Of a DNA stretch of 64,000 bases, positions 10,206 to 19,166 are shown piece by piece (the stretch's first letter is position 1; each line of letters opens with the position of its first letter). The notes beneath the pieces are model-generated. The model saw only the letters and a program-made list of their open reading frames with translations. It did no database searches and was not told the DNA's origin. The stretch is from Gemmatimonas sp. Lineage in GTDB: Bacteria; Gemmatimonadota; Gemmatimonadetes; Gemmatimonadales; Gemmatimonadaceae. Made by a program: the position numbers and the translations under genes. The stretch lies in contig JANNVQ010000057.1 in assembly GCA_031414535.1 (NCBI GenBank), forward strand, positions 64,001 to 128,000. Reading direction: 5' to 3'.

Positions 10206-10235
10206 CATGAGATGTATTACCATAAGATGTAATAC
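10206..10235. promoter_or_regulatory. Probable vapBC operator (inverted repeat GTATTAC-N8-GTAATAC)
   Basis: GTATTAC at 10214-10220 and GTAATAC at 10229-10235, just upstream of the antitoxin start. The same stretch is an imperfect 15-bp tandem repeat. Confidence 0.6.
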
Positions 10236-10310
10236 TAGCCCGGTACATTTTCATTCACAAGGAGCGATAGAAGCGGGATGGATCCTGCAGGCGAGTTCCC
10301 GCGCTCTTGG

Positions 10311-10850
10311 CTAGCCCTCGAAGTTTCGAATGCGCCGAACAACCCAGGAGCTGTGCCGTGTGCGGCTCAAGTCGACGACGAAGAATCCCCCCATCGTCCT
10401 TGGCGCGTCGAAGTACACGATGGCTTCAAGCACGGCTGCGGACGTCATGCTGCTATCTCCGACGAGTGCCAAGGCAACTGAAAGTGTATCCGATGTCTCT
10501 CCACGGACCCGGAAGCCGGATGAGACGAACAGCTTCGCTGGCGATCGACTTGCTAGTCGAAAGCGAGATCCGATCGTGGCGATTGCCGACATCTTGTTTG
10601 CTTGGAACGGTGCCACCACAGGCGCGCGGCCGATGACGGAGTCGACAACGATCACTCTACAACCCATCTCCGCGCAAAGTGAGTCGAGAGGAGCCGCTCG
10701 GAATGCGGTCGCTGCCGCTGCAACTGCAGCGGCCTGGGGTGACAATGAGGTGCGATCGACTGTTGGTCCGATGCGACAGGATGCGGTGAGCAGCAAGGAG
10801 GCCGCGAGGAGTCGCAGCGCTCGGCGGTCAAGGGTTGCGAAGGCAGCCAT
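10311..10850 (-). CDS. Putative lipoprotein immunity protein for cassette B
   Basis: MAAFATLDRRALRLLAASLLLTASC signal peptide with lipobox-like end; overlaps the toxin 3' end. Confidence 0.7.
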   Translation of the reverse strand: MAAFATLDRRALRLLAASLLLTASCRIGPTVDRTSLSPQAAAVAAAATAFRAAPLDSLCAEMGCRVIVVDSVIGRAPVVAPFQANKMSAIATIGSRFRLASRSPAKLFVSSGFRVRGETSDTLSVALALVGDSSMTSAAVLEAIVYFDAPRTMGGFFVVDLSRTRHSSWVVRRIRNFEG

Positions 10851-11334
10851 TCGGCACTCCTTGGAAAGGTTGTTCGCAGTGCGCGTACTTGCTGTTGCGT
10901 TCGACGATCCCACTCAGATGAGTAGCCTCGTGCCACGCAATTCCGCCAATCCCGCTCCGCCTCGTCTCGCGGTGTGATGGTCGGACGTGCGCAACGCCGC
11001 GAGCGCCTCCGAACCGCTTTCCAATCTCTCCCATCAAGCCGACGTCGTCGTCGCGATCGAACGACCAACCGCTTCCGTAGCAGAGCTGGCCGCAGCCCGC
11101 GTCGTCGCTGTCGAACAGCACGAACAGGTCGGGTGATTGCTCCAGCTTGCTAAACGTCGCATCTGCTTCGCTGTTCGACTTGCGTATTCGAGCAACCTCC
11201 TTTTGGAGGCGCTCGCCAACAATCTTTAGGTCAGCGGCGAGCCCGAACGGATCGTCGAAGTTGACCGGGTCCCCACCCGCGAAGCCATACGCATTCAACC
11301 CACCCGCCAGCCCGATCGGGTCAAGCTGCGTGGA
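10828..11334 (-). CDS. Orphan Rhs C-terminal toxin cassette B (HExxH zincin-like metallopeptidase)
   Basis: STQLDPIG...FDDPFGL followed by a domain containing IAWHEATHL. Confidence 0.8.
   Translation of the reverse strand, partial: STQLDPIGLAGGLNAYGFAGGDPVNFDDPFGLAADLKIVGERLQKEVARIRKSNSEADATFSKLEQSPDLFVLFDSDDAGCGQLCYGSGWSFDRDDDVGLMGEIGKRFGGARGVAHVRPSHRETRRSGIGGIAWHEATHLSGIVERNSKYAHCEQPFQGVPNGCLRNP
11239..11334 (-). repeat. Rhs core-end repeat, copy B
   Basis: Minus strand reads TCCACGCAGCTTGACCCGATCGGGCTGGCGGGTGGGTTGAATGCG... Confidence 0.95.
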
Positions 11335-11387
11335 CGGACTCGGACCTCATTTCTCGCGCGCAGTCGAGGGACCGGCTGATCGCACGG

Positions 11388-11816
11388 TCAACCGATTGAA
11401 ATCACCAGCCCCTCGGGAATCGAGAGTCTTGCCGTGGTCCCGTCCCCGGCAACCATTACCCACTCAGGTCCCTCCGCACAACCCGCTGTCTCTAACACCG
11501 AATCGTCATCAAACTTCAACGCTAGCGCACCCACCAAATCGTCGGCCTCGACTTCGACTATCCGACGCCCGGTCAGTTTGGCGACTGCTGCACGTAGCTG
11601 GCCGGCTTTACCACCCAGCATCTCACTGGACGCCAAAATGCTCGCTCCGCGTCGCCATCGCCAGCAATCCTCAAGCACGATACGCCACGATGTATCAGAG
11701 GGAGACGAGGCGGCATCAAACACCACCCGCAGTGCAGACCCGATGGGATTCGAAGCGACTACGCATTGCAAACCTACGGCCTTCTGGAGCATGCGCGTGA
11801 CGGTAATGGACGTCAT
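11388..11816 (-). CDS. Putative immunity protein for cassette C
   Basis: ATG directly abuts the toxin stop; 142 aa, no signal peptide. Confidence 0.65.
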   Translation of the reverse strand: MTSITVTRMLQKAVGLQCVVASNPIGSALRVVFDAASSPSDTSWRIVLEDCWRWRRGASILASSEMLGGKAGQLRAAVAKLTGRRIVEVEADDLVGALALKFDDDSVLETAGCAEGPEWVMVAGDGTTARLSIPEGLVISIG

Positions 11817-12263
11817 CTATTCGTGCTCCCGGTCTGTGTATTTCCGTTGCCTGCACAACTCCGTTGCCTCTTCGACGATGTCGTTGAACGAGACTGCTCC
11901 ATCTGCCCCGGCTCTGGTATCCAGCTCATCCACTCGCTTATAGAGTTCATCGCGCCCAGTGTCATTGAGCCTGCAGCTCATTCGGCGCTCGGCCTGTCGA
12001 ATTGCATCTCGGTATTGCTTGTTCTGCCTTGTGTTAGAGGCGAACTCAAGCACTAACGCACCGGTCACCGCTATGGCACTGGCAACGACGGCCCGAGCGA
12101 CGAGACGCAACAGATGGGCGCACGCGAAGGAGACGGGAGGAACAAGGCAAACCGCGGGAATTGCCAGTGTACCGTAAGGATCCGAGTAGTTGATTGGATC
12201 ACCATCCGCAAACCCATAGGCATTCAGTCCCCCCGCGAGCCCAATCGGGTCAAGCTGCGTGGA
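11817..12263 (-). CDS. Orphan Rhs C-terminal toxin cassette C (hydrophobic segment plus alpha-helical domain, family unassigned)
   Basis: STQLDPIG...YSDPYGT, a hydrophobic helix, then NTRQNKQYRDAIRQAERR. An in-frame TTG lies at 12272. Confidence 0.8.
   Translation of the reverse strand, partial: STQLDPIGLAGGLNAYGFADGDPINYSDPYGTLAIPAVCLVPPVSFACAHLLRLVARAVVASAIAVTGALVLEFASNTRQNKQYRDAIRQAERRMSCRLNDTGRDELYKRVDELDTRAGADGAVSFNDIVEEATELCRQRKYTDREHE
12168..12263 (-). repeat. Rhs core-end repeat, copy C
   Basis: Minus strand reads TCCACGCAGCTTGACCCGATTGGGCTCGCGGGGGGACTGAATGCC... Confidence 0.95.
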
Positions 12264-12395
12264 TGGACCCAACCTTAAACACTTCCATCATGGCTAGCTC
12301 GAATTGCGGCTAATGAAGGGCGACGAGAATAAGTTGGCTCGCTCGGTTAACGGCAAGGTGGCGAAACCACACTCAATCGATGGGCCAATCTCTGA

Positions 12396-12716
12396 CTACA
12401 ACTCACGTCGACGATTCTCTTCATCAAAAAGGTCCGCAATGAGTTGCTCGAGTGGCGGCCGCACACTCTGTGCGTGAGGGCCAATGTGCTCGAACAGCTC
12501 TCCTCCCAGCTCCGCCAAGTACACCCGAAGCGCGTCCGCGCGTTGCGCTTCGCTGACGTGGGCGATGCGCTCTATCGTCTCCGCTGCATGAGTCAAGCCA
12601 GCGTGGAGGTCCGCTAGATGATAGGCGACATCGTCTCCGCGTGGCGATCCCAGTAGTGCGCGAAATCGAAGATGAAGCAGCTCTCGGAGTTGCTTGTTGT
12701 CGGCAGATGAGGGCAT
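12396..12716 (-). CDS. Putative immunity protein for the currently attached Rhs toxin domain
   Basis: ATG 7 nt after the rhs stop, preceded by purine-rich GAGAAGGGA; ~106 aa, helical. Confidence 0.7.
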   Translation of the reverse strand: MPSSADNKQLRELLHLRFRALLGSPRGDDVAYHLADLHAGLTHAAETIERIAHVSEAQRADALRVYLAELGGELFEHIGPHAQSVRPPLEQLIADLFDEENRRREL

Positions 12717-12723
12717 TCCCTTC

Positions 12724-15700
12724 TCAAGCTTCCAGTGGAGGAGTGACAGCATCCAGTCGGCTTTGCCAAGCGTCGACTTGCTCCTTGTAGCGCGCATTCG
12801 TGCGGCCCTTCATGCTTTTCAAGTGGTCTCGAGCTTGGTTAATCCATCCTCGAATCTCTCCACGGTGATGATTCGCATCTCTAGCACCGGGATCCTCTCC
12901 AACGGCGCCGAGATGGCCCTCAATGTTCGCTCGCAATTGTTCGATTTTGCCAATTGCCCAGCCTTGTGCACCACTCGCCAAGACAAGCCCGTCCGCGATT
13001 GCCCCTAGACGTGCACCGAAAGCGGCTCCCGCACTAACGCCGGCTGCCCCTCCCGGAATGGCTCCAAATCCAGCGCCAGCGATGAAGCCGCCACCGCCGC
13101 CCGTCATACCTCCCATCAGCGCTCCCGTAATCGCGCCCACGGAGGTCCAGAATCCTGGGCAGTCGCGGGGATCGTTGTCCCGTGGGGGACACAGTCCAAA
13201 CGGGTCCGAGAAGTTGACCGGATCCCCACCAGCGAAGCCGTACGCATTCAGCCCACCCGCGAGCCCGATCGGGTCAAGCTGCGTGAACTGTCCCGTCGTC
13301 GGATTGTAGTAGCGGTTCCGCAAAAAGGTCAGGCCCGACGCGTCACGCCGACCACGCACCAAACTCCCGAACCAGTTGCTAAACAGAACCGGGTCGGCGC
13401 CTACGTCTCTTCGGTACGCGCTGACTGAAGCAGCTAGCCACTCCGTCGGACAGCGCCCCGGCGTGAACGTCGTGCAATTCGTCCCATCTGCCAGATTGCC
13501 AAAAGCAATGTCTCCACGCCAACCGGCCTGAGGCGTCAACGTCGTCCAGCCGGAGTCGGGCCGGAGCTTCGCAAGATGAGCCGGCGCATCGACACCCAGT
13601 CCGTGCGCGTAAAGCACGACGCCAAAGAGCAGTGGATAGGTCGGGTCCGTCCAGCCACTCGTCGTGCCATCCTGCGCCGCGATGCCCTCGCCCTCTAGAA
13701 CGGCAGCCGTCGCGTTCGCTTGTCCGCTGCTGCGGATCTCCGCTAACACTTGATCGCCATCGTAAACAGTTCGCTCGATGTATGCATCGCAGGGGCTCGA
13801 GCAGGTCGGCTCGATCTTTCTCACGCGCACGAGGACGCGCCGTCCAAGCGCGTCGTAGCGGTACTCACTCGACGTTCCGGCGACGCCATTCACGCCTTCA
13901 GCGTCTTCATGCGACATCAGTCGTTCATCGGCGCCGAAGTAGGAACGTGCGTTCCGCAGTACGGTCGATGCATCCGACAGATTGGTGCCGCGCGTGTCAC
14001 GCTCTGCGGTCGAGGTGACGTTCCCGCTGGCATCGTGCTCCAGCGCCAGCGACCAGATGTACCACGAGGGGTGGCACGAATGCACGAGCGAGGTGGCGCA
14101 GTTGCTTCCAGTATCGGCGAGCACGCCGCCGGTGAGACGGAGACCAGAGAACGTGTGGCGACGGGTACGATTGATTCCCGCTACCATATCTACATCGTGT
14201 GTGTAACGAAGCGTGCCGATGCCGTCTACCAAGAAGGCCTCGCTGCTGAGTCCGCTGGCAAGTCCCGTGACGCTCGCCAACGCACCAAGTCCAGCATATT
14301 CCAGCGACACCGGCGTGTCACCAGAACTGACGCGAATGACTCGCCCACCTGCGTCGTAGCGCAGCGTGTCAGCGGCCGGGTGACCACCGCTTCCGACCCG
14401 GCGCAACACCCTGCCCTCGCGGTCGTATGCAAGGTTGAGAACCACGCTCCCTGGCGCCGTCGTGCTCGTCAGCTGCCCTGTAGCATCGTAGGCGTAGGTG
14501 GTCTGCAGCGTCCCACCGCTAGCGCTCGGATGCGTCAGTGTGGCAAGCTCACCGCGAGACGAGTACGCATACTGCTGCAAGCAGGCACCGCTACAGGGAT
14601 CAAGCTGGGTGGGTAGCGTCAGCGAGATGCGGCGCCCGAGGTGATCGTAACCGTACTGCAGTTGATACGAATGCGCGTTCCAGTCGCTCCCGGTCTCACT
14701 GAACGCGCCGGCGTGCCGATCGCCGCCTCCGCAGGCGTTCGGAGCCTCCGTCGCATACTTCCTGATGATCTGCGTTTCGGAGAGCAACGCACCATTTGGC
14801 GCGTAGCTTCGCCGTATCCGCGCCCAATTATTGTCGGCTACTCTTGTCTGCCCAGACGCATCGTACGCGAACAGCGCCGTATCCACGCCTATGCAGCGCG
14901 TAGACGCATCATCTAAGATGGGAAAGGTGTAGGTGCAGAGAGTTCCGTACCAGTGACACAGCGCGTTGCCTTCGCTCGCGGATGGCGTCACGCGTCGCGT
15001 GAGGCGATTCAGCGCATCGTACTGCATCGCGATGACGAATCCACGGGGCTTAGTGGCCTCAATGACGTTTCCGCTGGCATCGTACGTCGAGTAGTTTGCC
15101 CCACCGCCCGGCTCCGACGCCAACGTCGCGCGGCCGAGCGAATCGTACTGCCATGTTGCGACAAGGGTGTCGCTTGCCCCTGCCGTGGCTCCATTGACCG
15201 AGAAGCGCCGGCGGTGCTGCGTAACTCGTCCCATGGCGTCGTACACTTTGCTCACTCGCACCCAGTCGGCGAGGATGATGCGGCCGTTGGCCAGCGTATC
15301 CACCGGTCCCCGCGTTACCTGCGCGCTATCGCGTCCGAGCGTATCGTACCAAATTGAGTCCACAACTCCGTATTGCACAACTAAACTGGAGTCGGTGCCT
15401 CGGGATCCGGTATCGCGAGGCGTGTACAGCCGGACGGGCCTCCCGACATTGTCATTCACCGACAAGGAGACGAAGCCAAGTGGCGATACCGTCTTGCGGA
15501 GATTGCCGCGCTGGTCGTAAATGAAGGTTGTAACGCCGCTGTCAGGCTGAGTAATCGAGAGCGGCAGACGCGCGCCGGATGCCGTGGTCGTATACGCGAA
15601 GGTCACCCGAGTCGTACTGCTGCCACCGCGTTGTTGCCAAGCGAGACTGGAGTCACTGTTGTAACTAGCGACGGCCAAGGTATCGAACTTGGTGATATCC

Positions 15701-17985
15701 GCCGCAGCGCCGGAGCGTGCCCTTATGCGCTCAATGCGGTTCAGCGTGCTGTGCCATTCGTATTCCGTTAGCGCATTACCGCTCGCACTTCCCGACGCGC
15801 CTCCATAGGGAGCCAAAGTGGCTACCGAGTCGACCAAGCCCCGAGAGTCGTAGCTTGCAACGGTACTTAGCCGCGTCGGACTAATGACGCGTTCGGGGAG
15901 CCCAGCCCAAGCTGTTGAATAAGTTATCTGTGTCTCGCGTCCAAGGGCATCGCGGAGACGAACTACGGAGCCGTGGCGGTTTACCCACATCCTGCTCTTA
16001 TCGGCGACATCGCTCCGAGGACCGTCAACCTGTGTAAATGTCGAATCGAGTGCAGTGGGGGTCCACCCCTTGGACTCGCTCGGTTCGATTGCCAGGACGT
16101 TGCCGAGTGGTCTCGTCGCCGTGATGACGCGCCGCGCAGAATCGAAAGCAAAAGTGGTCCGCGCCCCGGCTCGATCGCTGATGGCGTTGATCTCATTTGC
16201 GTATGGTGAGGACGCATACTCAAACCGCGTGGTATCCCGATCGGGATCGATGATGCGCGTCAGCCGCCCGCCTGGACGAAGTAGGATCGTTACGCGATTG
16301 CCGGGAGCCGTTATCGTCACCGAATCGCTGGCATATGCGAAGGCGTACTTCATCGAATCCACGAGCGATAGTGACGTGTCCGCAAGCGGGAGATGCATCG
16401 CCAACAGAGAGTCAGTGGTACCCGCATACACGAAGCGCGTTACGTGCCGGTCAATTGTGCGTGTGGAATCGTGACGTCCGGCCGAGTCGTAGAAGACGCG
16501 CGCATGCTCCGCTGTGTGCCGAATGTACGTACTTCCCGACTGCGTGATGCTGTCCGGGAGCGCGAAGGCGGTCGGGACCTTCCACACGCTTCCCGACTTC
16601 ACGTATCGGCGCACACTTCCATCGCCACCAATCCACAACAGCTCTGTAGAGGATCGAATCCGGAGCCGCTCAAGCCCGGCAAGCCACCATCCCGCGCCGA
16701 AGCGCGAGGCACTGTGGTTCACGATATACAGACGGCCCGTATCCGCACTCGTGTGCGACTGATTGGAGGATGTGAACTGCACGCGATACCGGTACATTCC
16801 GGTAGCCACGGTACAGCCACTAAACGGCACAACCACGCGCCGAACATTTCCTGCTGCTCCCCAGGCCGTGCCCGCTGTGCTGCGACTTCCACAAGTGGCG
16901 GACGTATCCGTACGCACAATGGAAGTCGTGCCGTCGGTCGGTAGACCAATATCAGAGCGAAGACGAATATCCGCTTGCACCAATGGGATAGGCCGTGCAT
17001 GCGCTGAGTTGTAGAGCAGGACCGGAGCTCTCGTGCGACCCATCGTGCGAACACTCACTAACGCGTGTACGATTCGTAAGTCGCCGCATTCGCTCGCGGC
17101 ATGTGGCGTGAGCGCGATAGTGACGCATGCGTTGCGCAGCAGATAGTCGCCTGCGCCAGGCGCATGACCGAAGAGATAGGCGCCAACAGCGGGAGCGGCC
17201 GTAACCGTGATATCCGTCCACGCGGAATCCCTGATGGCGGTCTCCGCTGAGCGAACCGCAAGCAGTCGCAGCAGTCCTGACGCGCCGTTGCTGTCCGACG
17301 CCGTGTAGCTCACAGTCACCGTCGAGCTCGCGCCGGCGGCAAGTGCGCTAATGGTAGAGCTCGGTGTAATTGTGCAGCTCGCGTAGATCGCGCCGGACGG
17401 ACAACCGATCGCTGTCAGCGCGAAGGTAGCGGTATCGTTGCCTGTATTGGTGACCGTAAAGCGCTCACTGCGTGAGGCTGACGGGAGGGCCTCGACGAAG
17501 CCTTGCTCGGATACGACGGCCACCGACCGTCTCGCAGCTGGCGGAAAGTAGGTCTTGATGCTCTGGTAGAAGTAATCGCGAAGGCTGTAGATGTGAGCGT
17601 TTACAATCACCGGTCCTGTGGTCGGAGTCACGCTGACCGTTCCTACCCACTTCACAAACACTTCGTCTGACTGATTCCCGAAGAAGTTGCACTCCGCTGG
17701 ATCGGCATTCTCCATCGTGAAGTCGCCAGTGACGTCCACGTAGCTGGCGGAGGTGGCGTAATTCCAAGTTCGAATCTGGATGGTGGCGAGGTTGATCATG
17801 TTGTCGCCGGCTTCGTAGGCGCAGGCCAGCACCGTCACCGTTACTGAGCCACTCAGGACCACGGACGACAGCGAGGGAGAGACAGTAAGCGTTGGCTCCG
17901 TCTGTGCGCTCGCCTGCGGTGCGAGACTGGCGACGAGCGCAGCCGATGCGGTAACGCGCATCAAGTGTCGGGCAATAGTTCTCAT
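12724..17985 (-). CDS. rhs: Full-length Rhs/YD-repeat polymorphic toxin with predicted Sec signal peptide
   Basis: 1753 aa with many YD repeats (YDSRG, YDQRG, YDALGRR). Rhs core RNRYYNPTTGQFTQLDPIG...DPFGL is followed by a variable C-terminus (glycine zipper plus helical domain). N-terminus MRTIARHLMRVTASAALVASLAPQASA. Confidence 0.95.
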   Translation of the reverse strand: MRTIARHLMRVTASAALVASLAPQASAQTEPTLTVSPSLSSVVLSGSVTVTVLACAYEAGDNMINLATIQIRTWNYATSASYVDVTGDFTMENADPAECNFFGNQSDEVFVKWVGTVSVTPTTGPVIVNAHIYSLRDYFYQSIKTYFPPAARRSVAVVSEQGFVEALPSASRSERFTVTNTGNDTATFALTAIGCPSGAIYASCTITPSSTISALAAGASSTVTVSYTASDSNGASGLLRLLAVRSAETAIRDSAWTDITVTAAPAVGAYLFGHAPGAGDYLLRNACVTIALTPHAASECGDLRIVHALVSVRTMGRTRAPVLLYNSAHARPIPLVQADIRLRSDIGLPTDGTTSIVRTDTSATCGSRSTAGTAWGAAGNVRRVVVPFSGCTVATGMYRYRVQFTSSNQSHTSADTGRLYIVNHSASRFGAGWWLAGLERLRIRSSTELLWIGGDGSVRRYVKSGSVWKVPTAFALPDSITQSGSTYIRHTAEHARVFYDSAGRHDSTRTIDRHVTRFVYAGTTDSLLAMHLPLADTSLSLVDSMKYAFAYASDSVTITAPGNRVTILLRPGGRLTRIIDPDRDTTRFEYASSPYANEINAISDRAGARTTFAFDSARRVITATRPLGNVLAIEPSESKGWTPTALDSTFTQVDGPRSDVADKSRMWVNRHGSVVRLRDALGRETQITYSTAWAGLPERVISPTRLSTVASYDSRGLVDSVATLAPYGGASGSASGNALTEYEWHSTLNRIERIRARSGAAADITKFDTLAVASYNSDSSLAWQQRGGSSTTRVTFAYTTTASGARLPLSITQPDSGVTTFIYDQRGNLRKTVSPLGFVSLSVNDNVGRPVRLYTPRDTGSRGTDSSLVVQYGVVDSIWYDTLGRDSAQVTRGPVDTLANGRIILADWVRVSKVYDAMGRVTQHRRRFSVNGATAGASDTLVATWQYDSLGRATLASEPGGGANYSTYDASGNVIEATKPRGFVIAMQYDALNRLTRRVTPSASEGNALCHWYGTLCTYTFPILDDASTRCIGVDTALFAYDASGQTRVADNNWARIRRSYAPNGALLSETQIIRKYATEAPNACGGGDRHAGAFSETGSDWNAHSYQLQYGYDHLGRRISLTLPTQLDPCSGACLQQYAYSSRGELATLTHPSASGGTLQTTYAYDATGQLTSTTAPGSVVLNLAYDREGRVLRRVGSGGHPAADTLRYDAGGRVIRVSSGDTPVSLEYAGLGALASVTGLASGLSSEAFLVDGIGTLRYTHDVDMVAGINRTRRHTFSGLRLTGGVLADTGSNCATSLVHSCHPSWYIWSLALEHDASGNVTSTAERDTRGTNLSDASTVLRNARSYFGADERLMSHEDAEGVNGVAGTSSEYRYDALGRRVLVRVRKIEPTCSSPCDAYIERTVYDGDQVLAEIRSSGQANATAAVLEGEGIAAQDGTTSGWTDPTYPLLFGVVLYAHGLGVDAPAHLAKLRPDSGWTTLTPQAGWRGDIAFGNLADGTNCTTFTPGRCPTEWLAASVSAYRRDVGADPVLFSNWFGSLVRGRRDASGLTFLRNRYYNPTTGQFTQLDPIGLAGGLNAYGFAGGDPVNFSDPFGLCPPRDNDPRDCPGFWTSVGAITGALMGGMTGGGGGFIAGAGFGAIPGGAAGVSAGAAFGARLGAIADGLVLASGAQGWAIGKIEQLRANIEGHLGAVGEDPGARDANHHRGEIRGWINQARDHLKSMKGRTNARYKEQVDAWQSRLDAVTPPLEA
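13192..13287 (-). repeat. Rhs core-end repeat, copy inside the full-length rhs gene
   Basis: Minus strand reads TTCACGCAGCTTGACCCGATCGGGCTCGCGGGTGGGCTGAATGCGTACGGC...GACCCGTTTGGACTG. Confidence 0.95.
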
Positions 17986-18231
17986 CTTGCGTTGCTCCGC
18001 ATTCGAGTGAGGTCTATGGTGCGCCGTTCGTTTTCAATGCTCGTGCAGGTACAAGCGTTGTCAAGCGCACGTTCATGGCGATGACCCACTCACGTGAGCT
18101 TGGTCACGGCGACAGAAATGCGACAGCAACGGCAGTGCGCGCCGCTGATGGGACGAGACATGTGGAGACAGCATCGACGATGCTTTCCAACGCGTTCGCG
18201 CGATTGTTACTATGATTCTTGCATGAGCCAC

Positions 18232-18327
18232 TCCACGCAGCTTGACCCGATTGGGCTGGAGGGTGGACTGAATGAGTACGGCTTCGCTGAAGGCGATCCA
18301 ATCAACTTTTCGGATCCGTTTGGGCTG
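18232..18327 (+). repeat. Rhs core-end repeat, copy D (inverted)
   Basis: TCCACGCAGCTTGACCCGATTGGGCTGGAGGGTGGACTGAATGAG... Confidence 0.95.
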
Positions 18328-18717
18328 TGTCCTAAAGCGGCGGGAGGCGACGGGAAGACGGAGGAGTACTCCGACTGTCCTCGTGGAAGTTCCGGATACT
18401 GGGCTCATCAAAGCATGCAGGGAAACGGCGGGTTGCTCACTGAGGTGCGCGGTACCACTGCATCATGCGATGAGAGCACGGCGTGCTTGGCCGTCGCGAT
18501 TGCTGGAGGCGCGTATGTCGGGACGCTCGTTGCCGTCGAAGCCGGGGCATCTAGGCTGGCCGCTACAGCGCTTGCGCTGATGCAGTCGAACAGATACCTC
18601 CGCATCGGCGTCGGACGACATAACGGCAGGCGTGTATTTCGGGCTGCGGGCAAACTCGTGCAGAAGATCAAGAAGGACGGTCACATCGACTTCTGGGACA
18701 TGGGGCCTCTACCATGA
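18232..18717 (+). CDS. Orphan Rhs C-terminal toxin cassette D (basic C-terminal domain, possibly a nuclease), inverted relative to rhs
   Basis: STQLDPIGLEGG...DPFGL|CPKAAGG...SNRYLRIGVGRHNGRRVFR...GHIDFW. An in-frame ATG lies at 18223. Confidence 0.8.
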   Translation, partial: STQLDPIGLEGGLNEYGFAEGDPINFSDPFGLCPKAAGGDGKTEEYSDCPRGSSGYWAHQSMQGNGGLLTEVRGTTASCDESTACLAVAIAGGAYVGTLVAVEAGASRLAATALALMQSNRYLRIGVGRHNGRRVFRAAGKLVQKIKKDGHIDFWDMGPLP

Positions 18718-18989
18718 CAACCGAACTTTCGGACTTTCAACGAGACGCGCTCGCCGATATTCGAGACGTCCTGAAGGATGCCGGTCGCTCATCCGAGTCG
18801 GAATCGGTGTTGGGCAACCAGGAGAAGTACGTAGCGATTGCATTCGGCGGCTACAAGGCCCTACTGTACGCGGACGGGGCTGAGTTACTCGGCAACGGGC
18901 TGGATCGCCGATTCGAGAAGTACGATTTCGACTCCCTGGACGACCTTCGCATTCACTTTATTCTCGAGCTGCGCCAGTTAATGACCTAA
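18714..18989 (+). CDS. Putative immunity protein for cassette D
   Basis: ATGA overlap with the toxin stop; small and acidic. Confidence 0.7.
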   Translation: MTTELSDFQRDALADIRDVLKDAGRSSESESVLGNQEKYVAIAFGGYKALLYADGAELLGNGLDRRFEKYDFDSLDDLRIHFILELRQLMT

Positions 18990-19070
18990 CCCGCCGGGTT
19001 CTGCCTTGGCGCGCCGGCGCCATCGGCATGGGCCCTCGCCGCTCCGCTGTAAGCTCAGCCGTCGCGTCCA

Positions 19071-19166
19071 TCCACGCAGCTTGACCCGATCGGGCTGGCG
19101 GGTGGGTTGAACGCGTATGGCTTTGCGGGTGGGGACCCGATCAACTTCTCGGATCCGTTCGGGCTG
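19071..19166 (+). repeat. Rhs core-end repeat, copy E (inverted)
   Basis: TCCACGCAGCTTGACCCGATCGGGCTGGCGGGTGGGTTGAACGCG...; 19068-19135 is identical to 22293-22360. Confidence 0.95.
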
